A DNA stretch of 62,982 bases, filler included, from Olpidium bornovanus S191 (Eukaryota > Fungi > Olpidiomycota), in assembly GCA_017911155.1 (NCBI GenBank). It is 32 parts of 32 records of this genome, joined end to end, with 100 filler letters (N's around TTAATTAATTAA, not from the genome) between each part and the next. Parts side by side here need not be neighbours in the genome. Positions count along the whole stretch, not along the records: positions 23,389 to 25,341 come from JAEFCI010004139.1; positions 25,442 to 27,317 come from JAEFCI010006466.1; positions 27,418 to 30,885 come from JAEFCI010002559.1; positions 30,986 to 32,199 come from JAEFCI010011367.1; positions 32,300 to 34,709 come from JAEFCI010004572.1; positions 34,810 to 36,398 come from JAEFCI010003924.1; 26 more parts are not named here. One strand, written 5' to 3'. Shown one piece after another: positions 24,916 to 36,498 of the stretch. Each line of letters starts with the position of its first letter. Within the stretch, counting starts at the first letter, position 1. The notes below the pieces were generated by a model, which did no database searches, was not told the origin of the DNA, and was given only the letters and a program-made list of their open reading frames with translations. Made by a program: the position numbers and the translations under genes.

Positions 24916-25341
24916 TTGTTGATCCCACCACCGTCAAGGAAGCCAGAGACTCGGTACACGCCGCTGAATGGCGCACCGCCATGGAATCCGAATTGGCCAG
25001 CCTTGCGAATCATGGAACATTTACCGCGGTTCCTCGACCTCCGCCCGGAACGAACATCTGTACCGGAAATTGGGTATTCAAGACCAAGCTTTGTCCAGAT
25101 GGATCCATCGAGCGATATGAAGCGAGATTTGTCGCTCGTGGTTTCACACAATCCGAAAGAACCGACTTTGAAGAGACCTTCGCACCCGTGATTACACATA
25201 CGGCATTACGTCTCTTGATCAGCATAGCCAGTGCTCGATCATGGCCCCTTTGAGGACACGACGTTACTACAGCATATCTACAAGCTCCACTCCACCACGC
25301 CGTCTATATCGAACAGCCTCAGGCAATTGATGGATCATTCA
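24916..25341 (+). mobile_element. Ty1/copia reverse transcriptase N-terminus, pseudogenised (TGA at 25251)
   Basis: DPTTVKEARDSVHAAEWRTAMESELASLANHGTF...WVFKTKLCPDGSIERYEARFVARGFTQSERTDFEETFAPV...SWPL*GHDVTTAYLQAPL: RVT_2 pattern. Confidence 0.95.
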
Positions 25342-25443
25342 NNNNNNNNNNNNNNNNNNNNNNNNNNNNNNNNNNNNNNNNNNNNTTAATTAATTAANNN
25401 NNNNNNNNNNNNNNNNNNNNNNNNNNNNNNNNNNNNNNNNNAG

Positions 25444-25480
<37 letters not shown>

Positions 25481-25509
25481 CGGTCTTTTCGCCCGCACCA
25501 ACCGTTCGG

Positions 25510-27110
25510 CAAAGGCGTACGTGGACGGGATTTGTCTTTTGTCGGCTCCCCCCCTGCCGCGCCCGTCAATCGACGACCGCGCACGCCACAACAAATACTC
25601 ACCCAGTTTGGGCCAAGACCGTACTCCGCCGTTCCAACACGTGTTGCCCGGCCTCGGCTTGTGTCGTCTGCGTCCACACCCGGCGTTGGGCAATCGATTC
25701 ACCGTAAACTGCGTAACATCCCTCAGCGGGCCAGCCCTGACTACTGGTGATGACTACTGGTGATTGGCTCGCCCAATTCTTCGGCCTGTTTAACTTCCTT
25801 CTGCCAGGCACCCCCCTCTCCGCGCTTGCCTCGCCGCGGTTCCCTGAAACCGCTCAAACACGATAAGACATCGTACCGCTGTGGACCACCCACCACCAAC
25901 AGGCCTTGGCATGCCGTTCTTCAAGCCCTCAGCCGGGCCCCCATGCGTGAGCAACCCCGTCGCCGAGCACCCCTTTGCCGTGGGCGCCGATGCCTCTATG
26001 CTGGGCCTAGGAGCCGTCCTCTTCCAGCGCGACGACGCCGGCCGGCAGCATTTCATTGCCTTCGCGTCCCGCGTGCTCGACAGGGCCAAGAAATGCTTAC
26101 TCGGCAACCAAGCGTGAGCTTTCTTGCTTATCATCTTCGCACTCAACAAAGTTCCGCCACCGCCTCATGAGCCAACAGTTTCACGATCTTCACTGACCGC
26201 AGCGATCTCCAATACCTTAATCAACAGAGCACGAAGCTCGACATCCTCTCCGCCGAATGGCTGGAAATGCTGCTTTCGTTCGACTTCACAGTCGCCCACC
26301 TCCCAGACCTCCTTAATTATCCTTCCGGACCATTTGTCCTGGATATGCCTCCCCCCAATCCCTCCGCACATGCCCCGCGTGTCGGTCCACGACATCACGC
26401 CGGCCGCAATGATCATCAGCGTCAAGGAGGACGCCACTCGCACTCTCGTGGCGATCAGGAGGAACTCATCTGCCAATATCACGAGGCCGCGGGCCACTTC
26501 GGCGTCACGGCGATAGTCAACAAGCTACACTCCAACAACCTCCGCTGGCCGACCATGGTCGCTGACATCCTCGCCCAAATCCTCCTCTGCCGGCCATGCC
26601 TCGACTATAATGCAGCCAAAACGAGGTTCCACCCGCTCCGCTCCTTGCACACCTTTCTTCCGCTGGATCATGTGGTCTTCGATCTCGCCCAGTTCACTAC
26701 CAGTCCCGATGGCAACAACTACACCAACCTCTTCCCACCGGGGGAATTTGGCGTACCCAAGGTCGTCCAGCCAGACAGCGGCGGCGAATTTGCCAATGAG
26801 GTCATGCACATGATGGTCAACCTACTCCACATTAAACACTGATTCTCCGTCGCATATCACCCTCGCGTTCAAGGCCTCATGGAAGGCCTCGTCCGCATCG
26901 TATGCACCGTCATCAACAAGTTGACCGCCCAACGCCCCACGGAGTGGCCGCGCTTTCTACCCGCCGTCCAGTGCTACATCAATGCTCGGGTCCTCCCGGC
27001 GCTGCACCAACTTGACCCCGTTCGCTCTTATGTTCGGCCGCGCACCCCCTCCCCCGTGCGCCAATCCAGCGGTCGGCCAGTCAGCACGGCCTCTTTCGCC
27101 TCAGGAGATC
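25510..27110 (+). mobile_element. Degenerate Ty3/gypsy pol (RT-RNaseH-integrase) with frameshifts and stops
   Basis: YVDG (decayed YVDD); ADASMLGLGAVLFQ...IAFASRVL (RNase H); YHEAAGHFG...LLCRPC (HHCC); VVFDL...PDSGGEF...YHPRVQGLMEG (DDE). The RT-RH-INT order is gypsy. Confidence 0.93.
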
Positions 27111-28349
27111 TCCGAGCAGTTCCGAAGGCCTGGCCCCTTCCCCCTTTTTTCTTCCCCGTTCCTTTGAAAGGGGAGGGGAGGGGGGAAGCGGAGGAAAAAG
27201 AAGATGGCCGCGTTCGCTGCGTTCGAAGGCGCCCGTTTCCCGGCGTCGGATTCGGGGGCGGGAACGCACAAAAAAAAGGAAAAGAAAAAAAAAAAAAAAA
27301 CAAAAAAAAAGGTGCGANNNNNNNNNNNNNNNNNNNNNNNNNNNNNNNNNNNNNNNNNNNNTTAATTAATTAANNNNNNNNNNNNNNNNNNNNNNNNNNN
27401 NNNNNNNNNNNNNNNNNAAGACACAGAACCGCCCGGGCGTGTCGGACTTTCCGAAGCTGCCCACTGCCGCTTTTGGTCTTGAAACGGCGGCGCGCCTCGG
27501 CCTAGACAGCTGGAAAAAACACGGCCAACAACACCATGCTTACCGCTTCTTTTTTCTTTTTCTTTTTCTTCTTCTTCTTTTTCTTTTTCTTCTTCTTCTT
27601 TTTTTTTTTTTTTTTTTTTGGTGCCAGGCTCAGTCGAGTGGCGAAGGGGACGCGGGGAGTTGGGATGACAAAAGAAGCTGATTTGGGCGTCTTGGGGGTC
27701 GTGGAAGAAGAAGAAGGAACCCAGCGAAGCGGGCGAAGGGGGGGGGGAGATCAGGGTCTTCAAAAAAGGAACCGTCGGGAAAAGAAGGAGATTCGGGCGT
27801 GACCACGCGAGGATACGGAGCTTCACAGATCCCTTCGAGTCTTGTGAGAACGTTTTTCGCCTAGTGTGGTGGAGGTGTCGGAAAAAGGAAGCGTCGCAGC
27901 ACAAGTGCGAAACGGAGAACACCCCCTTTTTTCCGGGCACAAAGGGGGCCAGATGCTCCCCGTACAAAATAGACTGGACGGACACGGCGATGCTGGCTTC
28001 GTAAAAGCAGACCAAAAATAAAAAAAAATATCCCACTGCTTCCCATCTCGCCTTGGTCGTCGCACTCGCGCGCATTCTTCAACTTCCTTCATTGGCGGGG
28101 GTCTCGCGGCGCTCTCGTCATCCCCCCCCCCCCCCCCCCCCCCCCATAAGAAGGAACGACCGAAAACGGAACCGAAAATATAGTATATGGCGTCACCGGT
28201 GTCAAACGGCCCATTTGCTCCTGCGCCCAAAGAATTTGACGGTCGATGGAAGCAACTGGGTGTCCGACAGGGACGTCAAGATTTTACTGTACAAGCGGCG
28301 GTATGTGCAGCCACGCTTGGTGTGTCAAATTCGCAGAAGTCGGAGGCGC

Positions 28350-30454
28350 TCAAGATCCGCCGGTGTCCATCGGCGCAGATCCCGCCGCCCGCTTCTCCAG
28401 GGCGCCAAGCCGCTTTTCGGCGCGCCGCATGACGGAATCCACGTTCCCGGGTAAGCTTTTGCGCCCTCTCCCGAAAACCACGTGCTCAGGTGCCCGGACT
28501 GAAAGCCTCGAAAGGGATTTCGTGATCGGGGTGATGTCCATTGCGTCCTCGTCCCCGGCCCCGGCCCCGACCCCGGCCCCATCCCCGGCCCCGACCCCGG
28601 CCCCGCCCCCGGCCCCGACCCCGGCCCCGTCCCCGGCCCCGACCCCGGCCCCGTCCCAGGCCCCGTCCCCGGCACCGGCCCCGGCACCGGCCCCGGCCCC
28701 GGACCCGTCCTCGTTTCCGGTCTCGTCGCGAGCGGCGGAGCCTGCCGACGGCTCGGACCGCTCGCGGCCGGCCGCCGGCGGTGGTGGAGGTTTGTGCTTT
28801 CGGTCGCGACCGTTGGGCGCCGACCGCCCTCTCGGTCGCGCCTCCGACTGTATGGCGGGGTCGATTCGCCCGCGCGCCTCCCACCGCCGTTTCTGTCTAC
28901 CGCCTCCTGGCGGCTGGCTTTGATGTTTTGTCCTCCTGTCAGAGAGCACGGTCCGTTAGCGGATGGCGAGGGTTCGGACAATTCGCGAGATTACAGCGGC
29001 CGAAACCCCCCCCCCCCCCAAAATGCTCATTCTTTTAAAGCGCCGTTCGAGTACACACGTGACGCGTGCGCACTCGTACCCCGGGCACACGTACGGCAAG
29101 ACACCGAGGTGAACCACTTTAAAATCGAAAGTCCTCGGGTACTTGTGCTTGTCAATCAGGTGCAGGCGGCGGCCTTTGGCCGTATGGAAGGCCTTGGTGC
29201 AGCCGATGACGAGGCATTGAAACTGCGCCGCGAAGCGGGACATGATCAATTTAATGACAAGGGCGAAAAGAAAAACAAAAAAGGATGCCAACGTTTGAAG
29301 CGGGCCGAACAACAAAATCGTCCCCGCTTCCTGGGGATCGCCGAGGGGGTGGCAAAGGGGATCGGAGAAGCGAACAACAAGTAGGATGAAACGAGGCGAA
29401 GAGGGGACAAAAAAAAAAGAAAAAAGGAAAAAAAAGGAAGGGCCACACACTGACCACCGTGTCGCCCCTGGCCTTTCGCGCCTCGAAAAACGGATCATGG
29501 CACTCGGTGAAATGCAACTCGAGAGTCCGCTTGTCGGGGAACAGCCGGGGGACGCCGCCGGGGCACTCGTCGCAGACAAAGCAGTGGCGGACCCGGTAGT
29601 GCAGCTCGTACTCCTCCGGGTCGTCGAACGACCGCGACCCGCGGCAAGGCGGAATCGTGCACCGGGTGCCGTGGAAGTGCCTGGGCTTTGTCCTTTTTTA
29701 TTTTTTATTTTTTGTCCCGTTTCAAGGTCCGGCGGGGGGACGGGGTAGAAGGGGGAGGGGTGGTTGGCGATGCGGGGAGCGGTGCGCGCGTGCGGATCGG
29801 CCCAGACCGTCGGTTTCCCTTTGACTTTTTTTTTTTTTTTTTGCCCAAACGAGGACCCACCACGCCCGGCCGAAACCCGCGCGCCGTCGCGGCACGTTAC
29901 CCGTCGTGTTCGACGTCGGCGGGGCCCGTCGTCGCGCGCTCGTCCTGGTCGCTTGCTGCGGCCTGTTTGAACCACTTGCGGGGGCACGCGACCTCCTCCG
30001 CCTCGACGGCGTCCGAGTCGCCGCCGCCGCCGGAGGCGCCGGGTTCTCGCGGCGAAGCGGCGGTCTCCCGCGCGGCGCGGGGCGGCTCGTCCTCGCCGGC
30101 TTCGGAAAAGTCCCTTTTCTTCCCGGGCGACCCCGGCGGCGGGACTCGGCACGCCTTGACCACGTCCGCTTCCATTCCTTCTTCTCCTCCCCTCCGCAGC
30201 GGAACGGCCGGCCGGGCGTTCTTGGCGTTGCCGCTGTTCGGGGGGAGGCGGAGGTTGCCGGGGCGGGGGAAAAAGGGCGAGAGCGCGACGGGAGCGACTC
30301 GCCCACCGCGGAACTTGGACGGAAGAGCAACTTCCACGCCCGCGCGCGCACCACCGCCCATCCTCCTCCGGACGTCTGCCTGTCGAATTCTGCCCTCCGC
30401 GTAACCCCGCGGTCGAGCATCCACGGTCGCGCCGTCCGCGGTCACATCAGGCAT
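28350..30454 (-). CDS. ZNF511: ZNF511-like C2H2 zinc-finger protein, spliced, with an apparent one-base frameshift at 29546-29550; true start uncertain
   Basis: CTIPPCRGSRSFDDPEEYELHYRVRHCFVCDEC..RLFPDKRTLELHFTECHDPFF | FQCLVIGCTKAFHTAKGRRLHLIDKHKYPRTFDF ... ITKSLSRLSVRAPEHVVFGRGRK, the ZNF511 finger spacing plus the fungal C-terminal P..+.FGRG motif. Confidence 0.85.
28552..28705. repeat. Hexamer minisatellite (CCGGCC/CCGACC/CCGTCC) with a 24-bp higher-order period, inside the ZNF511 last exon
   Basis: Read directly from the sequence; encodes (GDGAGVGA)n on the minus strand. Confidence 0.95.
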
Positions 30455-30987
30455 GAAACATCGAGTAATCCGTCGTCGAATCCGGCCTCCAAACCTTCGT
30501 GCATCACTCGACTTCGCGCGTCATCTGCCTCCCCTCCCCCTCTCTCCGAGCGTGCGATAAAATCGGATCAAAAAAAAAATGGCACCCGCAGCTGCTATAC
30601 GATTGCGGACCAATTCCGTCCACAAAATGCTCCCGCGCCAAGACTTGCGGGACCCGAAGACACGCGGTCCTTCGAGGTGCACAAGGAAGCGCTTTCCTTT
30701 GTCCTTCAAAGTGCACAAGGAGGCGCTTTCCTTTGGCCGACGCTCGTGGAGGAACCCGCAGATTTCGCGAGCTGACGGCTCGCTCCAGCACTCTTTGCAC
30801 GCGTTCGGACTGTTCAAATCCAGTTCTTTGTGCCGCCGACCTGGTCGACCTTTACCAAACAAATGACTCCCGCGCATTTCACATGNNNNNNNNNNNNNNN
30901 NNNNNNNNNNNNNNNNNNNNNNNNNNNNNTTAATTAATTAANNNNNNNNNNNNNNNNNNNNNNNNNNNNNNNNNNNNNNNNNNNNCA

Positions 30988-31257
30988 CATGCCACCAGTC
31001 TTGGCGGCGTCGAGGTGAGTCGGATGCGGTTTTGTCTCCGGAGTCTTCAGACGCGGACATTGACACGCTCGCCGTTTTCACATTCGTGCTCGTCGGACAA
31101 AAAGTCCCTCGTTGAATGGCGCGCACTGTCTGACCCCAAAGTTGACAAACGCCTGTTACGGTTTTCCGTCGGAGTGGAAGCGCTCGGCGACTTGAAAAAT
31201 GATATCCGAGACACCATCGCGGCCGCTTGGAAGCAGCACGGCCGCACCAGCGCGTGA
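30988..31257 (+). CDS. Cys/Met-metabolism PLP enzyme (cystathionine gamma-synthase/lyase family), C-terminus; exons 30988-31014, 31105-31257
   Basis: HATSLGGVE | SLVEWRALSDPKVDKRLLRFSVGVEALGDLKNDI...*: the family C-terminal signature SLGGVESL...L+R+SVG+E...DL. Confidence 0.92.
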   Translation, partial: HATSLGGVEVSRMRFCLRSLQTRTLTRSPFSHSCSSDKKSLVEWRALSDPKVDKRLLRFSVGVEALGDLKNDIRDTIAAAWKQHGRTSA

Positions 31258-31956
31258 GCTGGGAGGCCACTGAGTTTGCTCTAACCTCTGAACCCAACCC
31301 CCCCCACCCCCACATTACACCGTCGTGTTCCGGGCACACGAGAACGCTCTGCGACTGCTCGCCTGTGCACTTGTGGCGTTATTTTTTGTATTTGCGCACC
31401 AACGCTTTGCGCCCCTCTCCGTATGCCACATCTGCGAAACCGTGATACGACAAAATGTTGCGGCGTTCAAAATAATATTTGACTTTTTTTTGCGCGGTGT
31501 GTGAAAGTGAGCGTGCGCTTGCTTTTTTTTTTTTTTTTCTCGCGAGCTCGCCGTCCCCTGGCTCTCTCGCGTGCGACGGAGCCGGTTATCTCATCTATGC
31601 CTCAAAAGTAAAGTAATGCATTACATATTGCAGTATAATTCAATTATCTCCGCCTCCTCCCGCCCCCCCTCCTCTTCCCCTTCTCGCGCAGATTCAATGA
31701 TTAAAAAATAAAATGAAAGGACAAAGAAACCCGCAAGCTCTGCGTGACGCAATCGATGAAAACTGATGTGCTTAGCGGACTTTCAAAAAGCACGTACTAG
31801 AAACTATTATAAGAAGGTACGGGCGTCATCACGAACGTGCGGTGAAAACTTGGCTGCTGCCCAAGGCAGTACTGTCAAACTTAGCCGGTCTCCACAGGGA
31901 CAAAGGCCAGTTGACCCACAAAGCACAAACGTGGAGGTGTTTGACGGGCTTCCTTT

Positions 31957-31992
<36 letters not shown>

Positions 31993-32299
31993 GATAAAAA
32001 AAACCCCTCCGTTGGAAAAAAGAAACCGCCGCTTGACGGTTGCGACACGGGCCCTTTTCCGGGACACTCAAAACGGCACATGCCGCTCGGAAATTTCCGG
32101 GCGGCGGCGGCTGCCCTCTCACAGAGGAAGCCCTCCCGGAAGCGGATGTCGTCCCGGGGCCTGACGCCGTACGAGACCCTGCTGCGGGGCGCCGCCGACN
32201 NNNNNNNNNNNNNNNNNNNNNNNNNNNNNNNNNNNNNNNNNNNTTAATTAATTAANNNNNNNNNNNNNNNNNNNNNNNNNNNNNNNNNNNNNNNNNNNN

Positions 32300-34651
32300 G
32301 GGATGGGACGTGGTCCTGACGGACCCGTCCGCTTGTGCCTTTTCGTGGATCTCAAAGGGTCCGTTTATGAAAGTCTACTCCCACTACACGAAGAATTTCA
32401 ACTCGGCGTTGTCGCTCATGTCCGACCTCATGACGCGCTCTCCCGCTTTCGCGGATTTCCTTCGGGAGCAGGCGGCTTTGCCGGAGTCTCATGGCTTGGG
32501 TTTTCAGAGCTACTTGATCCTGCCCGTACAGAGGATACCTCGGTACAAACTCCTGTTGGAGGAGCTGCTCAAGTGGTCGGACGGGCAGGAGGGCTTCCAG
32601 GAAATTCGCGCCGCTTACGTCATCGTCGAAGAAGGTTAGCGCGCATCCGAGGGTTGTTGGTTTGTACGCGTGTCGCTCTCTCCGCGGATTTGCGATTTTC
32701 TGTGCGTGCGGACGAGCGCGGATTTTTTGATGTCTTCTTCTGCCCTCTTTAAAATAGTGGCCGATTTCGTCAACGAGACGATACGGCAGCACGAGATGTT
32801 CATCGAGATGCTCGACATCCAGCGCTCGCTGAACGGTTTGGACAAGCCGCTGTTGGTTCCTGGGCGAAAGTTCATAAAACGCGGCCCCGTTATGAAGGTG
32901 AGGCCTGACCCGGGTTGCCGACTGCGCCACGCGGAGTCTTCCAATTCTCTGCCCGGGCCCCGTCCGAGTTGTTCACTTTCTCGAATCCTGACGCCGCAGA
33001 TATGCCGGAAGAATCACCAGCCCCGAGAACTCTTCCTGTTCACGGACTGCCTGGTGTATGCGACGCCGTCTCTCCTGGAATCAGATACATACAATTTCCC
33101 CCGTCGGCTGCGTCTGGACGAGTGCAGTTTCGTCGATGTACCGGACACGGAAGGTAAACTCGAAGCGGCTCGAAAAGTATCAATAAATCCCCCGCGCGGC
33201 TGGTTTCAGGAGCGGCCTGGTTTGACGCGCGTCCTTTGCTTTTCCCGCACCGGTGCCCCGCCCGCGCAGCCGTGAAGAATTCGTTCCAGATAATATCCTC
33301 TTATAAATCGTTCGCGGTCTACCTCCCGACGGCTGAGGAGAAGCAGGCTTGGCTGGACGCGTTTACCGGGGCGATCACCGGCTTTTTTGCCGCGAGGCGG
33401 ACCCTGAAAGTAGCGTCGTCCAACCGGATCCAGCACCACCGCTCCCAGTCGCTGTCGAAACAGGCGACGATGCGCGCGCGCGCGATGAGCCACCACCAGC
33501 TAAGGGGCGAACATTTCGACAGCGTCGCCGACTTTCGCTCTCGAGCCGTGAGGAACCAGCTCAAAAAGAGGTCTTGCCGCATGTCCCTTAATCTCCCCTT
33601 CTCGCGCGGACTACCGGCGCAAGGGACGTCGGTCCCGACCGCTGCGGTCCCCGTGCACACGACAACGGATGAGTTTGCCGCGGGTGTCGCACGGAGCGCC
33701 GCGCCGCGGCCCTCGTCGGAGACTGCGGTCCCGGCGGCTTCTCCGACGTTCGGCCACGGCGGACTGCACCCGCCGACGTCCCCGTTGCCGCCGCCGACGC
33801 TCCCGATGACTGTGACGGCGTCGTTCTCGACGAGGGAGGGCGGCCCGTCCTGTTCGTCCTCGGGCTCCCTGGTCGGAACGGCCGCCGAGTCTCTCCGTGA
33901 GGTGGAAGTCAACTATGCGGGCCTCAGGCGCAAGCGTTCGCGGTCTCCGTCGGCGAAGACGGCGCCCGGGCCTCTCGTTTCCCGGCTGTCGCCCCGGGCC
34001 CCGTCGCCGCCGACGCCGCCGGCCACTCCTCCTCCTCCGGCCTCGAAGAAACAGAAGACCGGCACGCCCGTCGTGGCGGACTACTGCGCGCCGGTGTGGG
34101 TGCCGGACGACGCGACGGACCGGTGTGCCAGGTGCGGCGGGGGGTTCGGGGCGTTTTTCCTCCCGCGGAAGCACCACTGCCGTTGGTGCGGCGAGGTCGT
34201 CTGCGGCAAGTGCTCCTCGCGGCGGTTCGTCATCCGGAGCTTTTCGCCGTCGCCGTCGCCGTCGCCGTCGCCCTCCCCCCCGCTCCGCGCCGCCTACGCG
34301 GTTTCGGCCGGCGGCGAGACGCCGCCGCCGTCCGCCGCCGCCGCCGCCGCCGCCGCGCCCGGTCCGGCCGAGGAGGCGAGGGAGACGGCGGGGAGGCGCG
34401 GCGCGCGCTTCCCCGCCCGCAGGGTCTTCTTGGCGCTCTTTTCCCTGGGCCCGGCCCCGCGGCCCCGCGGCCCGGACGACCGGGAGGCGCGGTGCTGCGA
34501 CGCCTGCTACGAAGAGCTGCTCCTCGAAGACGACGTCGACGACGCCGAGGAGGAGGAGGAGGAGGACCCCGCTCTGGAAGACGTCGACGCGTCTTTGTTC
34601 CACCTGGAAGGAGGCGAGGGGCACCACCCCTCCTCCGTTCTCGCACGGTGA
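32300..34651 (+). CDS. RhoGEF (DH)-PH-FYVE protein, FGD/frabin-like, 3' part
   Basis: DH: PFMKVYSHYTKNF...SYLILPVQRIPRYKLLLEELLK. PH: GRKFIKRGPVMK...RELFLFTDCLVY...EKQAWLDA. FYVE: WVPD...CARC...RKHHCRWCGEVVCGKCS...RCCDAC. Confidence 0.93.
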
Positions 34652-35053
34652 GGGGCGCACCGCTTGTGGTCCGTCTTCCCGGCCCTTCCCCCCCCCCCCC
34701 CCCCCCCCCNNNNNNNNNNNNNNNNNNNNNNNNNNNNNNNNNNNNNNNNNNNNTTAATTAATTAANNNNNNNNNNNNNNNNNNNNNNNNNNNNNNNNNNN
34801 NNNNNNNNNCAACTATGATGTCGTTGCCAACCATTGGTGACATTTTTTTTTGGGGTGGGGGGGTTTCACTAAAAACCTAAAACCGCGCGGCCCCGCCAGC
34901 TCCTCGCGAAATTAGAGTCGGGGAAACATGGGGCCGACCGTGACGGCGATGACGGCAGCCACAAACCCGAGCTTCGCGCGCGCGCGAGTCGTGGAAGAAA
35001 GGTTTCCGCATTTGGCTTCACAGAAAACCGGCGCGGGTGGCACGGTCCACGGC

Positions 35054-36163
35054 TCAGGGCGCACAGTACGCCATCCCGGCCGCGAAGTTGTACAGTCTCG
35101 AATCAATCATAAGACGCGCATCCGCCTTTATGAGATCTGCGAGGGTGGTCGACGAAAGGTGTCGTCAGATGCTCGGCGCGGTGCCTTTCAGGGAACCGGC
35201 CGCCGCCGTCGCCGGACGGCCGCGTTCGGCGGCGCTCGCAGACCTTCGAGGCGGCCGAGCAAGTTGTTTAACGGGAGCACCACCGTCTGCAGCGACCACT
35301 CGCCAGGCTCCAGGGTCGGTATCGGGCGCTCGTTCTCCGGCCGATCCCCGTCAATCTTTTTTTTTTATTTTTTTTTTTTATGTTTTTGGTGGGTTTTGGC
35401 GGGGTGTCAGCGGTCGTCTGCCCCGGGTCCGAAGAGAGAGAGAGGTACGCTGAGCGGGCGGGGAGGAGGGAGAAGTGAGAGAAACCCGCTGCGGGGGAAA
35501 GGGCGCTTACGCGGACGGCGACTGCGCGCGTGCACGACCCGGTCAGACCCGGTTCGTAGCAGACCGGCGGTCCCACCGACTCGACCGTGCCGACGTAGCC
35601 GGTTTCCTCGCGCAGTTCCCGAAGCGCCGCAACTTCGGGCCCGCCGTCTGCGCTGTCGACCAGGCCCGACGGGAACTCCACGCAGAACCTGTCGACGGGC
35701 GGTCGGTCTGCTTGCGCGTGAGCGCCGTATCTCTCTCTCTCTCTCGCCCGCTCTCCCCGCTTTTCCGCCCGTCTGAGCCCGGGAACCGGCCGCAAAACGT
35801 TTCGTCGCGACTCCCCGCGCGTCGAGTCCCCCTCGTCGGGGTTTTCTCACACTGTACGACGAGCACGATCGAGCCCTGCCCGCCGTCCGTGCTGCTGCGG
35901 ATGACGGCGATCACGTCCACCGCGTCGACACTTGCGCCTGAGCCGGGCGCCACCCCCCCTGGTCCTCCCCTCCTGTTGACGACCTCCCAGTCGCGCTCCA
36001 CCCCGTCCGCAGCAGAGCGGAAGCTGACCCGGGACAAGACCAGCCAGTTTCCCTGCCCCAGCGTGACGGGGCCCGTCACCGGAGGCGACCCCTCGAGAGA
36101 TCGTGCGGGCGCCGCCACGGCCGGCAGAGGCCGGAGTTGACCAGATTCGGGCTCTGCGGGCAT
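35054..36163 (-). CDS. YSA1: ADP-ribose pyrophosphatase, NUDT5/Ysa1-like Nudix hydrolase, spliced
   Basis: GNWLVLSRVSF...DGVERDWEVV...VDAVDVIAVI...IVLVVQ | RPPVDRFCVEFPSGLVDSADGGPEVAALRELREETGYVG...YEPGLT ... MIDSRLYNFAAG. Confidence 0.9.
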
Positions 36164-36498
36164 TCTCCGAGTACAGTATAGTGCGGCTGGGATAGTGGAA
36201 TACACGAATAGTATGTACAAGTATTTTATGAACGCACAACATAAGATATATTTTGTATAAATGCGCAATCTCAGTTAAATGTAAAGTGGAATGCATGGTG
36301 GTACTGGTGCAAACACGCAGGGGGTCACCTTGGCGCTTGAGACTCTCCACGTGCGCATGTCGATCGTGAGCGCAATAGTGCGTTGACATGCGTCAAACNN
36401 NNNNNNNNNNNNNNNNNNNNNNNNNNNNNNNNNNNNNNNNNNTTAATTAATTAANNNNNNNNNNNNNNNNNNNNNNNNNNNNNNNNNNNNNNNNNNNN

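Noticed and set aside
30775-30885. SSTLCTRSDCSNP resembling a His-Me finger homing endonuclease (SHLCHN..C.NP.HL)
   Set aside because: The catalytic and metal-binding histidines are absent, so the similarity is likely chance.
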